From positions 52,590 to 116,589 of the forward strand of contig JAUCBJ010006780.1 of NCBI GenBank assembly GCA_032718475.1: a stretch of DNA of 64,000 nt, given 5' to 3'. Within the stretch, counting starts at the first letter, position 1. Each line of letters opens with the position of its first letter. The translations under genes and the position numbers were made by a program. This document shows positions 1 to 11,790 of this stretch, piece by piece. Under the pieces are notes generated by a model. That model worked only from the letters and a program-made list of their open reading frames with translations, was not told the origin of the DNA and made no database searches. This DNA is from Nemertoderma westbladi. Its lineage: Eukaryota; Animalia; Xenacoelomorpha.

Positions 1-2071
1 ATTTAATTTCACCAGCGTTTCATTCCTCTGTAATGAAATCGATAAAGTTAATCTTGTGATGTCCCATACTTTACCTAAAATAGTGAAATTTTTAGTTTAT
101 TCACAGAGATGTAACTCAGCCTAATCACCCAGTTAAATGTAAAGCACGTTTGTGTTGCGTCATCGTATAAGACAATTAGTTTCATCTTCACTCCCTCAGA
201 AATATCATGACGGCCAATTGAAAATTGTCCCATACTTTACCATTAAAATGGCGATTATATTAGTGCACTGTATTAATGTAATATGTGAAGCCAGGAGTGT
301 CATAATACTCTAAGATCATAGTCGGTCGTAAGAATATGAGTCTATATTTGAACTGAGAATCATTCCTCAGTCAAGAACTCTTTTGGTTTTTGCATGTAAA
401 GTCCCATACTTTACCAAAAAATAGTGAAATTTTTAATTTATACACAGAGAAGTAGTCTAACTCAGCCCAATCACCCAGTGGAATGCAAAACAGGTTTGTG
501 TTGCGTCATCTTAAGAAACAATTACCTGTAGTTTCATAATCTACTCCCTCAGAAACATCATGATCACGGCCAATTGAAAATTGTCCCATACTTTACCATT
601 ATAATGGCGATTACATTTTAGTGCACTGTATTAATGTAATATGTGAAGCCAGGAGTGTCATAATACTCTAAGATCATAGTCGGTCGTAAGAATATGAGTC
701 TATATTTGAACTGAGAATCATTCCTCAGTCAAGAACTCTTTTGGTTTTTGCATGTAAAGTCCCATACTTTACCAAAAAATAGTGAAATTTTTAATTTATA
801 CACAGAGAAGTAGTCTAACTCAGCCCAATCACCCAGTGGAATGCAAAACAGGTTTGTGTTGCGTCATCTTAAGAAACAATTACCTGTAGTTTCATAATCT
901 ACTCCCTCAGAAACATCATGATCACGGCCAATTGAAAATTGTCCCATACTTTACCATTATAATGGCGATTACATTTTAGTGCACTGTATTAATGTAATAT
1001 ATGAAACCTGGAGGGCAGGAGTGTTATAATGCTTTAGGGTGATAGTAGTGGGAAGCATAGAAGTATGTATTTGAACTAAGAATCATTCCTCAGTTAACTA
1101 ATCTTTGAGTTTATGCATGTAAAGTCCCGTACTTTACAACAAATTTCAAAAAATTTAGTTTTTTAGCAGAAAAGAAGATCGGTAAGTACAGTAACTGATA
1201 CATTTTTAGAAAAATGGAAAGAATTTCTAAACTTTTCACAGACTACATGTGTACCAAGTTTGGTTATATTTCATCAATGATTGACGGACTTATTTCGGTT
1301 TTTATCAAAATTTTGAAACTATCGGTACCAACAGACAGAATGTCTGATATGTCACCTTTCATTCCTTAAACTTCAGATTATTTCCAAACTTTTGACAGAC
1401 TTCATACGTACCAAGTTTGGTTTAATTTCATCTATAAACTGAGTTATACAGTATTAGCGATCAAAAATTAGACAGATGACATACAACTCCTCAACGGCAC
1501 CCATATGCTAAGACTTCGGGTCAATTTGTGGGTCGCCCCACATTTTGCATCCATATCTTGGTTGGAAATACTTAGTTGCACTTTATTATCACTAATTATC
1601 CAGAAATTACTGTTAGGTTAAGTGTAAGAGACCATTTTGACCATAAAATTCGGACAGGTCCCGTACTTTACTTAGCAATGTCCCATACTTTACCACACAC
1701 ACCACACTATAAAAAATTAGCAATGTAGCAATTCGTCTGATATTTATATTTTTATTTAAGCTTAATAATACAGCTTTATCCTAAACATCAACTCAACACC
1801 GTACCTGCGCACAATTCGCTAAATTTTAGAATTGAAATCATAAAATAAAATAAAAAATTTCGTACGAATCCGTACTTTACCTTAATTGGACAAGCTGGTG
1901 TTTTCTCAAAAGTGACTAAGTCCCGCCATAAGCTTCGCGAAATCAAAGCTGATATTCGAAAGTTCAATCCAAGCACAATTTTGTGCACATATGTGCTGTG
2001 GATAACATTGTACAGGCAATCAAAGTTCAAAATTGGGTACGAATGTCCCGTACTTTACTTTGGAATGAGCC
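1..2071. repeat. Repeat-rich fragment with ~358-bp tandem units and many GTCCC(A/G)TACTTTAC motifs; probable end of a non-autonomous DNA transposon
   Basis: Near-identical blocks offset by 358 bp (e.g. 290 vs 648, 401 vs 759). The motif GTCCCRTACTTTAC recurs about ten times up to ~2060, then stops at ...TTTGGAATGAGCC (2071). The other end lies outside the window, so no TIR pair or TSD can be confirmed. Confidence 0.5.
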
Positions 2072-2289
2072 TACTATCAATATTTTTGTAATACATTACG
2101 CACCTATGCAGGGCAGCATCCTAATATCGAAAAACGAAACATTGAGCAAAGTAACGTTTGTACAATACAATATATACGTTCAGTATACAATACAATATAT
2201 ACATATACAATACAATACAATTGTATATATATATATATATATACTATATTGTACAGTACGTTAAAAAAACACTGTTTGTAGGAAATGTA

Positions 2290-3164
2290 TCTTCTATAGG
2301 CCTACAATTCTAAACGAAATAAAGCGAAATTTTGCAGAAAGCATATCATGTCCAATATATGCTCCCTATGGGGTGTCGTCAGAATTTTGATTGAGTCTAC
2401 GATTATGATCGGTCATTCTAGAATTTATTTCACTGTTGCTAGGCAACCAACAGGTACCTAGCAACCAAAACCTTGCATACACAACTACTGTAGGTCCGAT
2501 AACGAACCTATACTTGGGAACGGTATACTACACCATAGGCTGTGTGTTTGGGGCGGATGCTAACCAGTCTGCAGTTCTCCAGTATACTGCTAGAGGGTGC
2601 GAAATGTCTGAAAAGTGAAAACATTCTCACATTTATTTATTAAAAATGCTTTTAAGCTGATACTTGGCAGAGGTCTACTGTACTACATCATAAGCTGCGT
2701 CTTTGGGAAGGACGTTGACCAGTCTGCAGTTCTCCAGTCCGCCACTAGGGGACGAATTGTCTGAAGGTGAAATCCTTCTCCCATTTAAATTATTTAGAGT
2801 TTATTCTTGGCAGCGATCTAAAAGTACTGTACAGTACCTACTAAACTAAATAAACTATAGGTTGTGTTTACGAGGATGATAACCACCTGCAGTTCTACAG
2901 TTTAACCTTTTTCCATATTTTTACTATTTGTAATCCTTTGGAAATGATACTTGGTAGGCATTTACTATATACAACAAGCCTTATGTTGTACATAGTAGTT
3001 TGTAGTAAAATACAGTAGCTTCAATACTTTTGTTTGAGAGAACACTCAATCATGTGACGTTTTGTTAAGTTAAGTTAATTAATTAATTACAGAATTAATG
3101 TTTGGAATGGTGAATAGTCTTGTGAACTAGAAAGCCGTGGCCCGAAGGGCCACTGGCTTTCTAG
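2290..3164 (+). mobile_element. Non-autonomous Helitron-like unit A (5' boundary approximate)
   Basis: Ends in the hairpin CTAGAAAGCCGTGGCCC-GAA-GGGCCACTGGCTTTCTAG. Its 3' part is similar to unit C (about 6080-6904). Confidence 0.6.
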
Positions 3165-5226
3165 TCTATATATATAAATATCGATTGTCTGTCTGTGTGT
3201 TTGTCATCGGCTATACAATCGAACCCATCTCGATGAAATCTCGCTTGCTATATCTCGTTAGAAAGGTCTCGCCCTAACTCGTTGCAACGTAATACTCAGA
3301 GCCGTCGGAAGTTCGCCCGTCTGCCGCTGGGCGATTTTCGTGATTTTCGGGCGAAATTTATCGAATTATTTCGGTTCTTCTATCGGTAATTAATGATTTA
3401 GAGGGCTAACATTTATCCCACCTGGTATAAAATTAACATGGGTAGATTCGCCGTGTCCCATTCTCACAAAGTTTTTATTTTATTCGAGTGTTTAATATAA
3501 ATATGTATGATTATTTATTGATTAAAAAGCAAATAGTGTATAAATATGTCATATTCGCCAAGCACGATCGAATTGGCCTATTCTTATTGAATAGGGAAGG
3601 ATTTTTTTCTGTATCATAGCAACGTTAAGGTAATTATTGAACTCACAGCTAGCTGGCTGGGCACAGATAAGGAGCAAGCAGGCTGGAGTGTTGATTGGGG
3701 TGGGTTTGGGTTGTCTATTGCGAATTGCTCAAGAGTAATTCTGCTTTCTCAATCATTGGCTGCATGGAAGGAGAGGGTTATAACATTTTTGTTTTACTGT
3801 TATGAATATTAAAAGTAAAATAATTATTTCTGTAGGCCTACATATACTTACTGTATTATTATTTTATCTAATATTATACATCTAATCTCCATGAAATCTC
3901 GCTTACTATAGCTCGTTAGATAGGTCTCGCCCTAACTCGTTGCAACGTAATACTCAGAGCCGTCTGAAGTTCCCCCATCTGCCGCTAGAGGGCGAATTGT
4001 CCGATAGTGAAAACCTGATCTCATTGGGTTGTTTTTAATGCTTTTGAGCTGAAACTTGGTAGCTATATACTGCAGCATAGGCTGTATCTTTACTGAGTGG
4101 CAGAGTCGTCTACAATTCCCCAGTCTACCGCTAGAGGGCGAAATGTCTGAAAGTTAACATCTTCTCCAACTTTGTTATTTATAATCCATTTAGACTGAAC
4201 TTGGTAGGCATCTACTACAGCATAGGCTATATCTTTACTGAGTCGCGCAGAGTTGTCTACATTACCCGCGTCTGCCTCTAGAGGGCGAAATGTATGAAAG
4301 TTAACATCTCCTCCAACTTTCTTATTTACAATCCTTTTATACTGAAACTTGGTAGGCATCTACTATAGCATAGGCTATATCTTTGCGGAGTAGTAGAGTC
4401 GTCTACAGTTCTACAGTCAGCCGCTAGAGGGCGAATTTTCTGATAGTGAATACCTCATCCCATTTGGTTCTTTTTAATCATTTTGAGCTGAAACTTGGTT
4501 GGTATCTACTACATCATAGGCTGTATCTTTACGGGGTTGCAGAATCCTATTCACTTCCCCAGTCTACCGCTAGAGGGTGAAATGTCTGAAAGTTAACATC
4601 TTCTCCAACTTTGTTATTTACTAACGGTTTAGACTGAAACTTGGTAGGCATCTACTACAGCATAGGCTGTACCTTTACGGAGTCACAGAGTTGTATACAG
4701 TCCCCCCATCTGCCGCTAGAGGGCGACATATCTGATAGTGAACACCTCATCCCATTTGGTTCTTTTTAATCCTATTGAGCTGGAACTTGGCAGGAATCTA
4801 CTACAGCATATTCTGTATCTTTACGGAGTCCCAGAGTCGTCTACAGTTCTTCAGTCTACCGCTAGAGGGTGAAATGTCTGAATGTGAACATCTACACCAA
4901 TTTTGTTATTTACAATCTGTTTAAGCTGAAACTTGAAAGGCAGGCATTTTACTTCACCATAAACCCCATCTTTACCAAACTGCAGCGCCGTCTGCATTTC
5001 ACCAGTCCGCAGGTAGAGGGTGGATCTGAAAGTGATCATTTTCTGGAAATTTTGATATTTACAATCTGCCTAAAGTTGAAACTTGACAGTTATCTCTTAT
5101 GGGGGTGGTGTTTTATTTAATGATGGTGTCTGTTCCGTATGCAGTTCTCAAATCTCCCACACATATTCATATATCATCTGCACGTGCACTAGAAAGCTGT
5201 GGCCCGAAGGGCCACAGGCTTTCTAG
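3165..5226 (+). mobile_element. Non-autonomous Helitron-like unit B
   Basis: Starts TCTATATATATAAA followed by a (TGTC)n microsatellite; ends in a GC-rich hairpin plus CTAG; no TSD; close paralogue of 6905-9130. 5'-TC, 3'-CTAG and a subterminal hairpin are Helitron hallmarks. Confidence 0.8.
3900..5050 (+). repeat. 146-bp tandem repeat inside Helitron unit B
   Basis: Core CCGCTAGAGGGYG (or a one-base variant) at 3982, 4128, 4275, 4421, 4567, 4713 and 4859, i.e. 146-147-bp spacing. Confidence 0.85.
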
Positions 5227-6904
5227 TCTATCTATATATATAAATATCCTCTGTCTGTCTGTGAGTCTGTGAGTCTGTGAGTCTATGAGTCTGTGAGTCT
5301 GTCCAAGCTATACGCTCCGACACACGAGCACCAATCTGAGCGAATGATACATCGATCGAAAGCTCTCGTCCCGAGCACGTAAACTATCGCTATCTCGAGG
5401 CTTATTTTACGCGTTTGCTTGCGTGAATGCGTATTTTGTATTCGCTACAACATGTTGTGTGATAAAATCTCAAAGTGATTCGAATATTCCTTTTGGCAGT
5501 ACAGGCCTGGCAAAGCTGAGAGTTAGTTAGCAAGGCAGCTAGCTACTTGCAGACCAATCATAGGTGGCCTGCAGCAGGCTGGGTTGGTTAAGTAGTAATC
5601 TCAATAAATAGGACCCAGCAGGAGAGTGGAGTGGATCTACTGTGATTGGTTCTTGACTTACATTGGTAAGAACAAGCAGTAAATCTTAGATTAGCTTTTT
5701 TTCAGTTCACATATTGTTTATAATCATAAACACAAAATGATTCAATTATTCATTTTTGCAATGTACCGGATGGGTGCTAGCGAGGTAGGCCTAGCAGGTC
5801 GTCAGTCCGTCATCCTACAAGTTGGATCTTGACTCTATCATGTGCGTGCACCTATATAATGCAGACCATCCTCAGCCCGTGAACATGAATTGTAAAGGCT
5901 ATCTCGAGGCTGATTTTTTACACATTTACTTGATACTTGCATGAATGCGTCTTTGAGGAAAATTGCATTATTCTGCAGTTGTTTTGTTATCGGAGAAATT
6001 ACTGATCAGCAAGCAGGAAATTATAACAGCAGTTATTGCATCATCGTAACCACTCTGCTGACACTTTGCAGAATAAATTCTACCTGACCATAGCTGCGTG
6101 TTGGGAGGACGCCGACCAGTTTGCAGTTCTTCAGTCTGCCACTAGGAGGCGAAATGTCTGAAAGTGAAAATCTTATCCTATCTTGTTATTAATAATGATT
6201 TTTAGCTGAGACTTAGGTCCTTTACACAATATGTTTATAATGTTTTTTTTGCTGATACCAAGCAGAGTATACTACACCGTAGGGTGTGTATTTGGGCTTG
6301 GGGAGACGATGACTAATCTTCAGTTCCCCAGTCTGCCGCTATTAGGGGATGAAATGTCTGAATGAGGAAACCTACAATTTTGTTGTTTATGAATACTTTT
6401 TTGCTGATACTTGGCATTTGGCAGAGGACTACTACACCATAGTCGTCATGTTTGGGGAGGACGCTAACCAGTGCATAATTATGCAGTCTGCCACTAGGGG
6501 GCGAAATGTCTGAAATTAAAACCTTCCATTTTAATACGATAGAGTTGCTGCAGTGACCTACTGCACTATAGGTTATGTTTGCGAGGACGCTAACCACTAC
6601 TCTGCAGTTATACAGTTTTCCACTAAGGGGAAAATATTACACACAGTTTAAACCTTTTCACATTTTATTATTTGTAATCCATTGGAGGTGTTACTTGGAA
6701 GGTATCTACTACAACATAAAGCCTTATGTTTATTATTGTATGTACTGTAGCTGCAACTAAAACGGGATCAGTCTGTTAGTCTTATGTAAAGTTTTGTTAA
6801 GTTAATTAATTTATTTATTTATGTTTGATATTGTCCATTGATTGATTGATTGTATAGAAGCTTGTGAACTAGAAAGCCGTGGCCGAAGGCCACGGGCTTT
6901 CTAG
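5227..6904 (+). mobile_element. Non-autonomous Helitron-like unit C
   Basis: Starts TCTATCTATATATATAAA with (TCTGTGAG)n; ends CTAGAAAGCCGTGGCC-GAA-GGCCACGGGCTTTCTAG; contains degenerate versions of the 146-bp repeat. Confidence 0.75.
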
Positions 6905-9130
6905 TCTAATATATATAAATCTCGATTGTCTGTCTGTCTGTCTGTCTGTGTGTTTGTCATCGGCTATACAATCGAACCCATCTCGATGAAATCTCGCTTG
7001 CTATATCTCGTTAGAAAGGTCTCGCCCTAACTCGTTGCAACGTAATACTCAGAGCCGTCTGAAGTTCGCCCGTCTGCCGCTAGAGGGCGATTTTCGTGAT
7101 TTTCGGGCGAAATTTATCGAATTATTTCGGTTCTTCTATCGGTAATTAATGATTTAGAGGGCTAACATTTATCCCACCTGGTATAAAATTAACATGGGTA
7201 GATTCGCCGTGTCCCATTCTCACAAAGTTTTTATTTTATTCGAGTGTTTAATATAAATATGTATGATTATTTATTGATTAAAAATCAAATAGTGTATAAA
7301 TATGTCATATTCGCCAAGCACGATCGAATTGGCCTATTGCTATTGAATAGGGAAGGATTGTTTTCTGTATCATAGCAACGTTAAGGTAATTATTGAACTC
7401 GCAGCTAGCTGGCTGGGCACAGATAAGGAGCAAGCAGGCTGGAGTGTTGATTGGGGTGGGTTTGGGTTGTCTATTGCTAATTGCTCAGAGTAATTCTGCT
7501 TTTTCAATCATTGGCTGCAGGGAAGGACAGGTTTATAACATTTTTGTTTTACTGTTATGAATATTAAAAGGAAAATAATTATTTCTGTAGGCCTATACTT
7601 ACAGTACTGTATTATTATTTTATCTAATAGTATACATCTAATCTCGATGAAATCTCGCTTACTATAGCTCGTTAGATAGGTCTCGCCCTAAGTCGTTGCA
7701 ACGTAATACTCAGAGCCGTCTGAAGTTCCCCCGTCTGCCGCTAGAGGGCGAATTGTCCGATAGTGAAAACCTGATCTTATTGGGTTGTTTTTAATGCTTT
7801 TGAGCTGAAACTTGGTAGCTATATACTGCAGCATAGGCTGTATTATTTCCGGAGTCACTGGGTTGTCTACAGTTCCCCAGTCTACCGTTAGAGGGCTAAA
7901 TGTCTGAGAGTTAACATCTTCTCCAACTTTGTTATTTACAATCCGTTTAGACTGAAACTTGGTAGGCATCTACTACAGCATAGACTGTATCTTTACTGAG
8001 TAGCAGAGTCGTCTACAATTCCCCGGTCTACCGCTAGAGGGCGAAATGTCTGAAAGTTAACATCTTCTCCAACTTTGTTATTTATAATCCATTTAGACTG
8101 AACTTGGTAGGCATCTACTACAGCATAGGCTATATCTTTACTGAGTCGCGCAGAGTTGTCTACAGTACCCGCGTCTGCCGCTAGAGGGCGAAATGTATGA
8201 AAGTTAACATCTTCTCCAACTTTGTTATTTACAATCCTTTTAGACTGAAACTTGGTAGGGCATCTACTATAGCATAGGCTATATCTTTGCGGAGTAGTAG
8301 AGTTGTCTACAGTTCCACAGTCAGCCGCAAGAGGGCGAATTGTCTGATAGTGAAAACCTCATCCCATTTGGTTCTTTTTAATCATTTTGAGCTGAAACTT
8401 GGTTGGTATCTACTACATCATAGGCTCTATCTTTACGGAGTTGCAGAGTCCTATACACTTCCCCGGTCTACCGCTAGAGGGTGAAATGTCTGAAAGTTAA
8501 CATCTTCTCCAACTTTGTTATTTACAAACGGTTTAGACTGAAACTTGGTAGGCATCTACTACAGCATAGGCTCTACATTTACTGAGTCGCAGAGTTGTAT
8601 ACAGTTCCCCTATCTGCCGCTAGAGGGCGAATTGTCTGTTAGTGAACACCTCATCCCAATTGGTTCTTTTTAATCCCTTTGAGCTGGAACTTGGCAGGAA
8701 TCTACTACAGCATATTCTGTATCTTTACGGAGTCCCAGAGTCGTCTACAGTTCTTCAGTCTACCGCTAGAGGGTGAAATGTCTGAATGTGAACATCTACA
8801 CCAATTTTGTTATTTACAATCTGTTTAAGCTGAAACTTGAAAGGCAGGCATTTTACTTCACCATAAACCCCATCTTTACCAAACTGCAGCGTCGTCTGCA
8901 TTTCACCAGTCCGCAGGTAGAGGGTGGATCTGAAAGTGATAATTTTCTGGAAATTTTGTTATTTACAATCTGCCTAAAGTTGAAACTTGACAGTTATCTC
9001 TTATGGGGGTGGTGTTTTATTTAATGATGGTGTCTGTTCCGTATGCAGTTCTCCAATCTCCCACACATATTCATATATAATCTGCACGTGCACTAGAAAG
9101 CTGTGGCCCGAAGGGCCACAGGCTTTCTAG
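6905..9130 (+). mobile_element. Non-autonomous Helitron-like unit D
   Basis: Starts TCTAATATATATAAA; ends in a hairpin plus CTAG followed by T; paralogue of unit B with one extra internal repeat. Confidence 0.8.
7650..8950 (+). repeat. 146-bp tandem repeat inside Helitron unit D
   Basis: Core motif at 7738, 7885, 8031, 8178, 8325, 8471, 8617 and 8763. Confidence 0.85.
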
Positions 9131-11790
9131 TAATAATAGAAATAGGAGTAAATATTAAACAATAGGCCTACACAGATAGGCCTACAAAGCATGCAAATTA
9201 ATTTCACAATTTTTGTAAGGAAAGGAGCAGGTTACATAGGCAGGCTTTTCTAACCGATACAATAAACGGCCCTTTTACCAATTGCTGAATTGTGGGAAAG
9301 GAGCAGGTTGCAGATAAACGATCACTGTACCATATGGTCAGACAGTCGGTCAGACTGTAAATGGCGATGTTAAATTCGGTCGATACGTAATAACTATGTT
9401 ACATTCGATCCTGATTACGTTCGGTCATGTAGGCCTACCACGAAAATTTAATTGTCAACTACAATGTTTTGTTCTTTCATAGATCGTTCAGGGAATATTT
9501 AAAGCTCTTTGAACATTAATTGAATATTTTAAGTTCAAACAAATTTTACCATGAAAATTTAATTATTAAAAATAATTAATAATATGGACACAGGAATAAG
9601 AAATTGATAGCAGCGTTTGCCAATATTATCGTTCTCTTAGTTTTACACGTTTACGGTTAGGTTTAGGTTACGGTTAGGATAGGTTTACTTACATACAATG
9701 ATTAAACAATAATTACAACAGATAAAGAAAAACGAAAAGAAAAAGAACAACATAATATTATAATAAATTGAAACACGTTCGTGGGGCCATCGCGCAGGAC
9801 GAGGCTCAGTTATCAGATACAGATTAAAATTGAGCGACAGTATCACAAAATCAGGTTTTGAGAAATTTACCCATACCACCAATCAATCAAAGAAAGGGGG
9901 ACAGTATGTGTTCACCCCTTTTAATCTGCCTTGACGTGTTCGATTTTGGAATTTACTTAAAGGCTTACTAAATTTGTTAAGTCCAAACAGTCAATAAAAG
10001 CTGTTTTTCATTTTCCAGCTCTAGCTGTCTAGTAAACAATGCAGTATCCTAAGGTACTGTATGATTGGAAGTTACCATGTAGATCCATGGTTGGTTACTG
10101 GTTCTAAGTATTCCTTGCATTTGATTGCTGGACGCCATTTTAGTTTTATACTGCAGTGCGACATGCCTTTGTTCAGTATTCTTCTTTAACAGTTAGCTAG
10201 AAGACGTGTTTGCCTTTTAACATCTGGCTTAGAATCCGGAGAATTATAGTAAATTACCGTGGTACAGTGTGCTGCCGTTTGTTGCACACTGTAACGCAGT
10301 GCTGGGGTACACTCAAAGTACTGAAACACCATTAAACACTCTATTGCACTGATTTACTGTTGTAACTGTTAAATTATTATATTTGATAGGCAATTATTGT
10401 ATATTTGGTAATGATATGGAGGGAGATGCTGCAAGATTAATACCGCATAACTTCGAACTATCGAACTTCGAATTTATATTCATATTTAACGCAGTAAGCT
10501 TTTAGGGGGTTAATTAGCAGTCTCGGTTCACAATCAATTGCAGTGTATGAGAATATATGTTATCAGATAGCCCCAGTGTGTGTGCCTGTCTACTCCTTAT
10601 ACATGAATAAAATTGCCTCAAGTGAGCAAGTCAGTGTCCAGAGTGTATTTCATCCGGTCCATAATACCATGCTTATAAAGAGTATGCAGGCTAGTTCTTG
10701 TTAACAATCTGTTGTAATTACCAAGAGGGCCATCCAACGCCCATGTGATGTGAAGTATACAATATAGTAGTAGTGAAAAACACAGGTTACAGAATGGCTG
10801 AATCTAACCAAAACAATAAACGAATAAGTATCTATACAGGTTATAAGACAGAAATAAGCGCTATAAAACACTTAATAAAGATAAATTTAAAAAAAAATAA
10901 AAATCTTTATATATAAAATTCCAATACAATCCAATAATTTATTTCATTAAACGTCCGTGGTAAAACAACCTACAGTAATAATAGCCTCTACATAGATTTG
11001 AATTCATTACAAACCTCCTACAAACTTACGGAGTGTTGTTCTATGGGGAAGCGAAGGTGTTCTGTCCGAATTGAAATCGATTAAAGAAACACTGGATTAG
11101 ATGTAAACACCATCTATCATTCATGGCCTATCAATATGGATTCTTTTGTGGTGTTTAAATTGCCGCACAGAGTGTTAATGCCTATTATTATCACACATGT
11201 GTTCATTCATTCACGACTAATATATTTAATGCACAATGGATTAACTTTTTTAGGCCAAATAATATAATACACCATCGTGATACCAATTCATATTCATACC
11301 TTGAACAGTTCGAAATTATTGCGAAGTAACAATTTAGTAAATAAAATAAAAAAACTTTACATTTAATTTGCCGTTTTAATGTATAAAGTTGCCGAGCGCG
11401 AGTTTCAGTGATCGTAAGCGCGTGAGGTCATTTATACTTCGATAGGTAAATGTAGGTAAAACGTTTTTGGTACCGTTTTTAATGTAATGTGAAATTGAAT
11501 TGTTAAAATTCCTTTCAAGATGAAGTATACAGAATGATGTGGGATGTGGTCATTCTTCGTTCACCGAAAGTAAAAGTAGACCACTGTGGCACATACATGT
11601 ATGTACCAGCAGTACTCGGTTTTTCTAGAAGTGACGTGTAAGACAGGGCAACACAATACAGCTAAACGCCTATGAATACAGCCTATGCACATCACAGTAA
11701 TGCTTGGTGCTACCTTAGTACAACGGATACAACTAAATCACATGTCTATAGGAATATTTTCCTCGAACTGATATTTAAAGATAAATCTTT

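Noticed and set aside
4090-9024. Short ORFs in the Helitron units
   Set aside because: They are translations of the 146-bp repeat, with no Rep or helicase motifs.
9650-9690. Telomeric TTAGG repeat
   Set aside because: Only a few degenerate units; not a true array.
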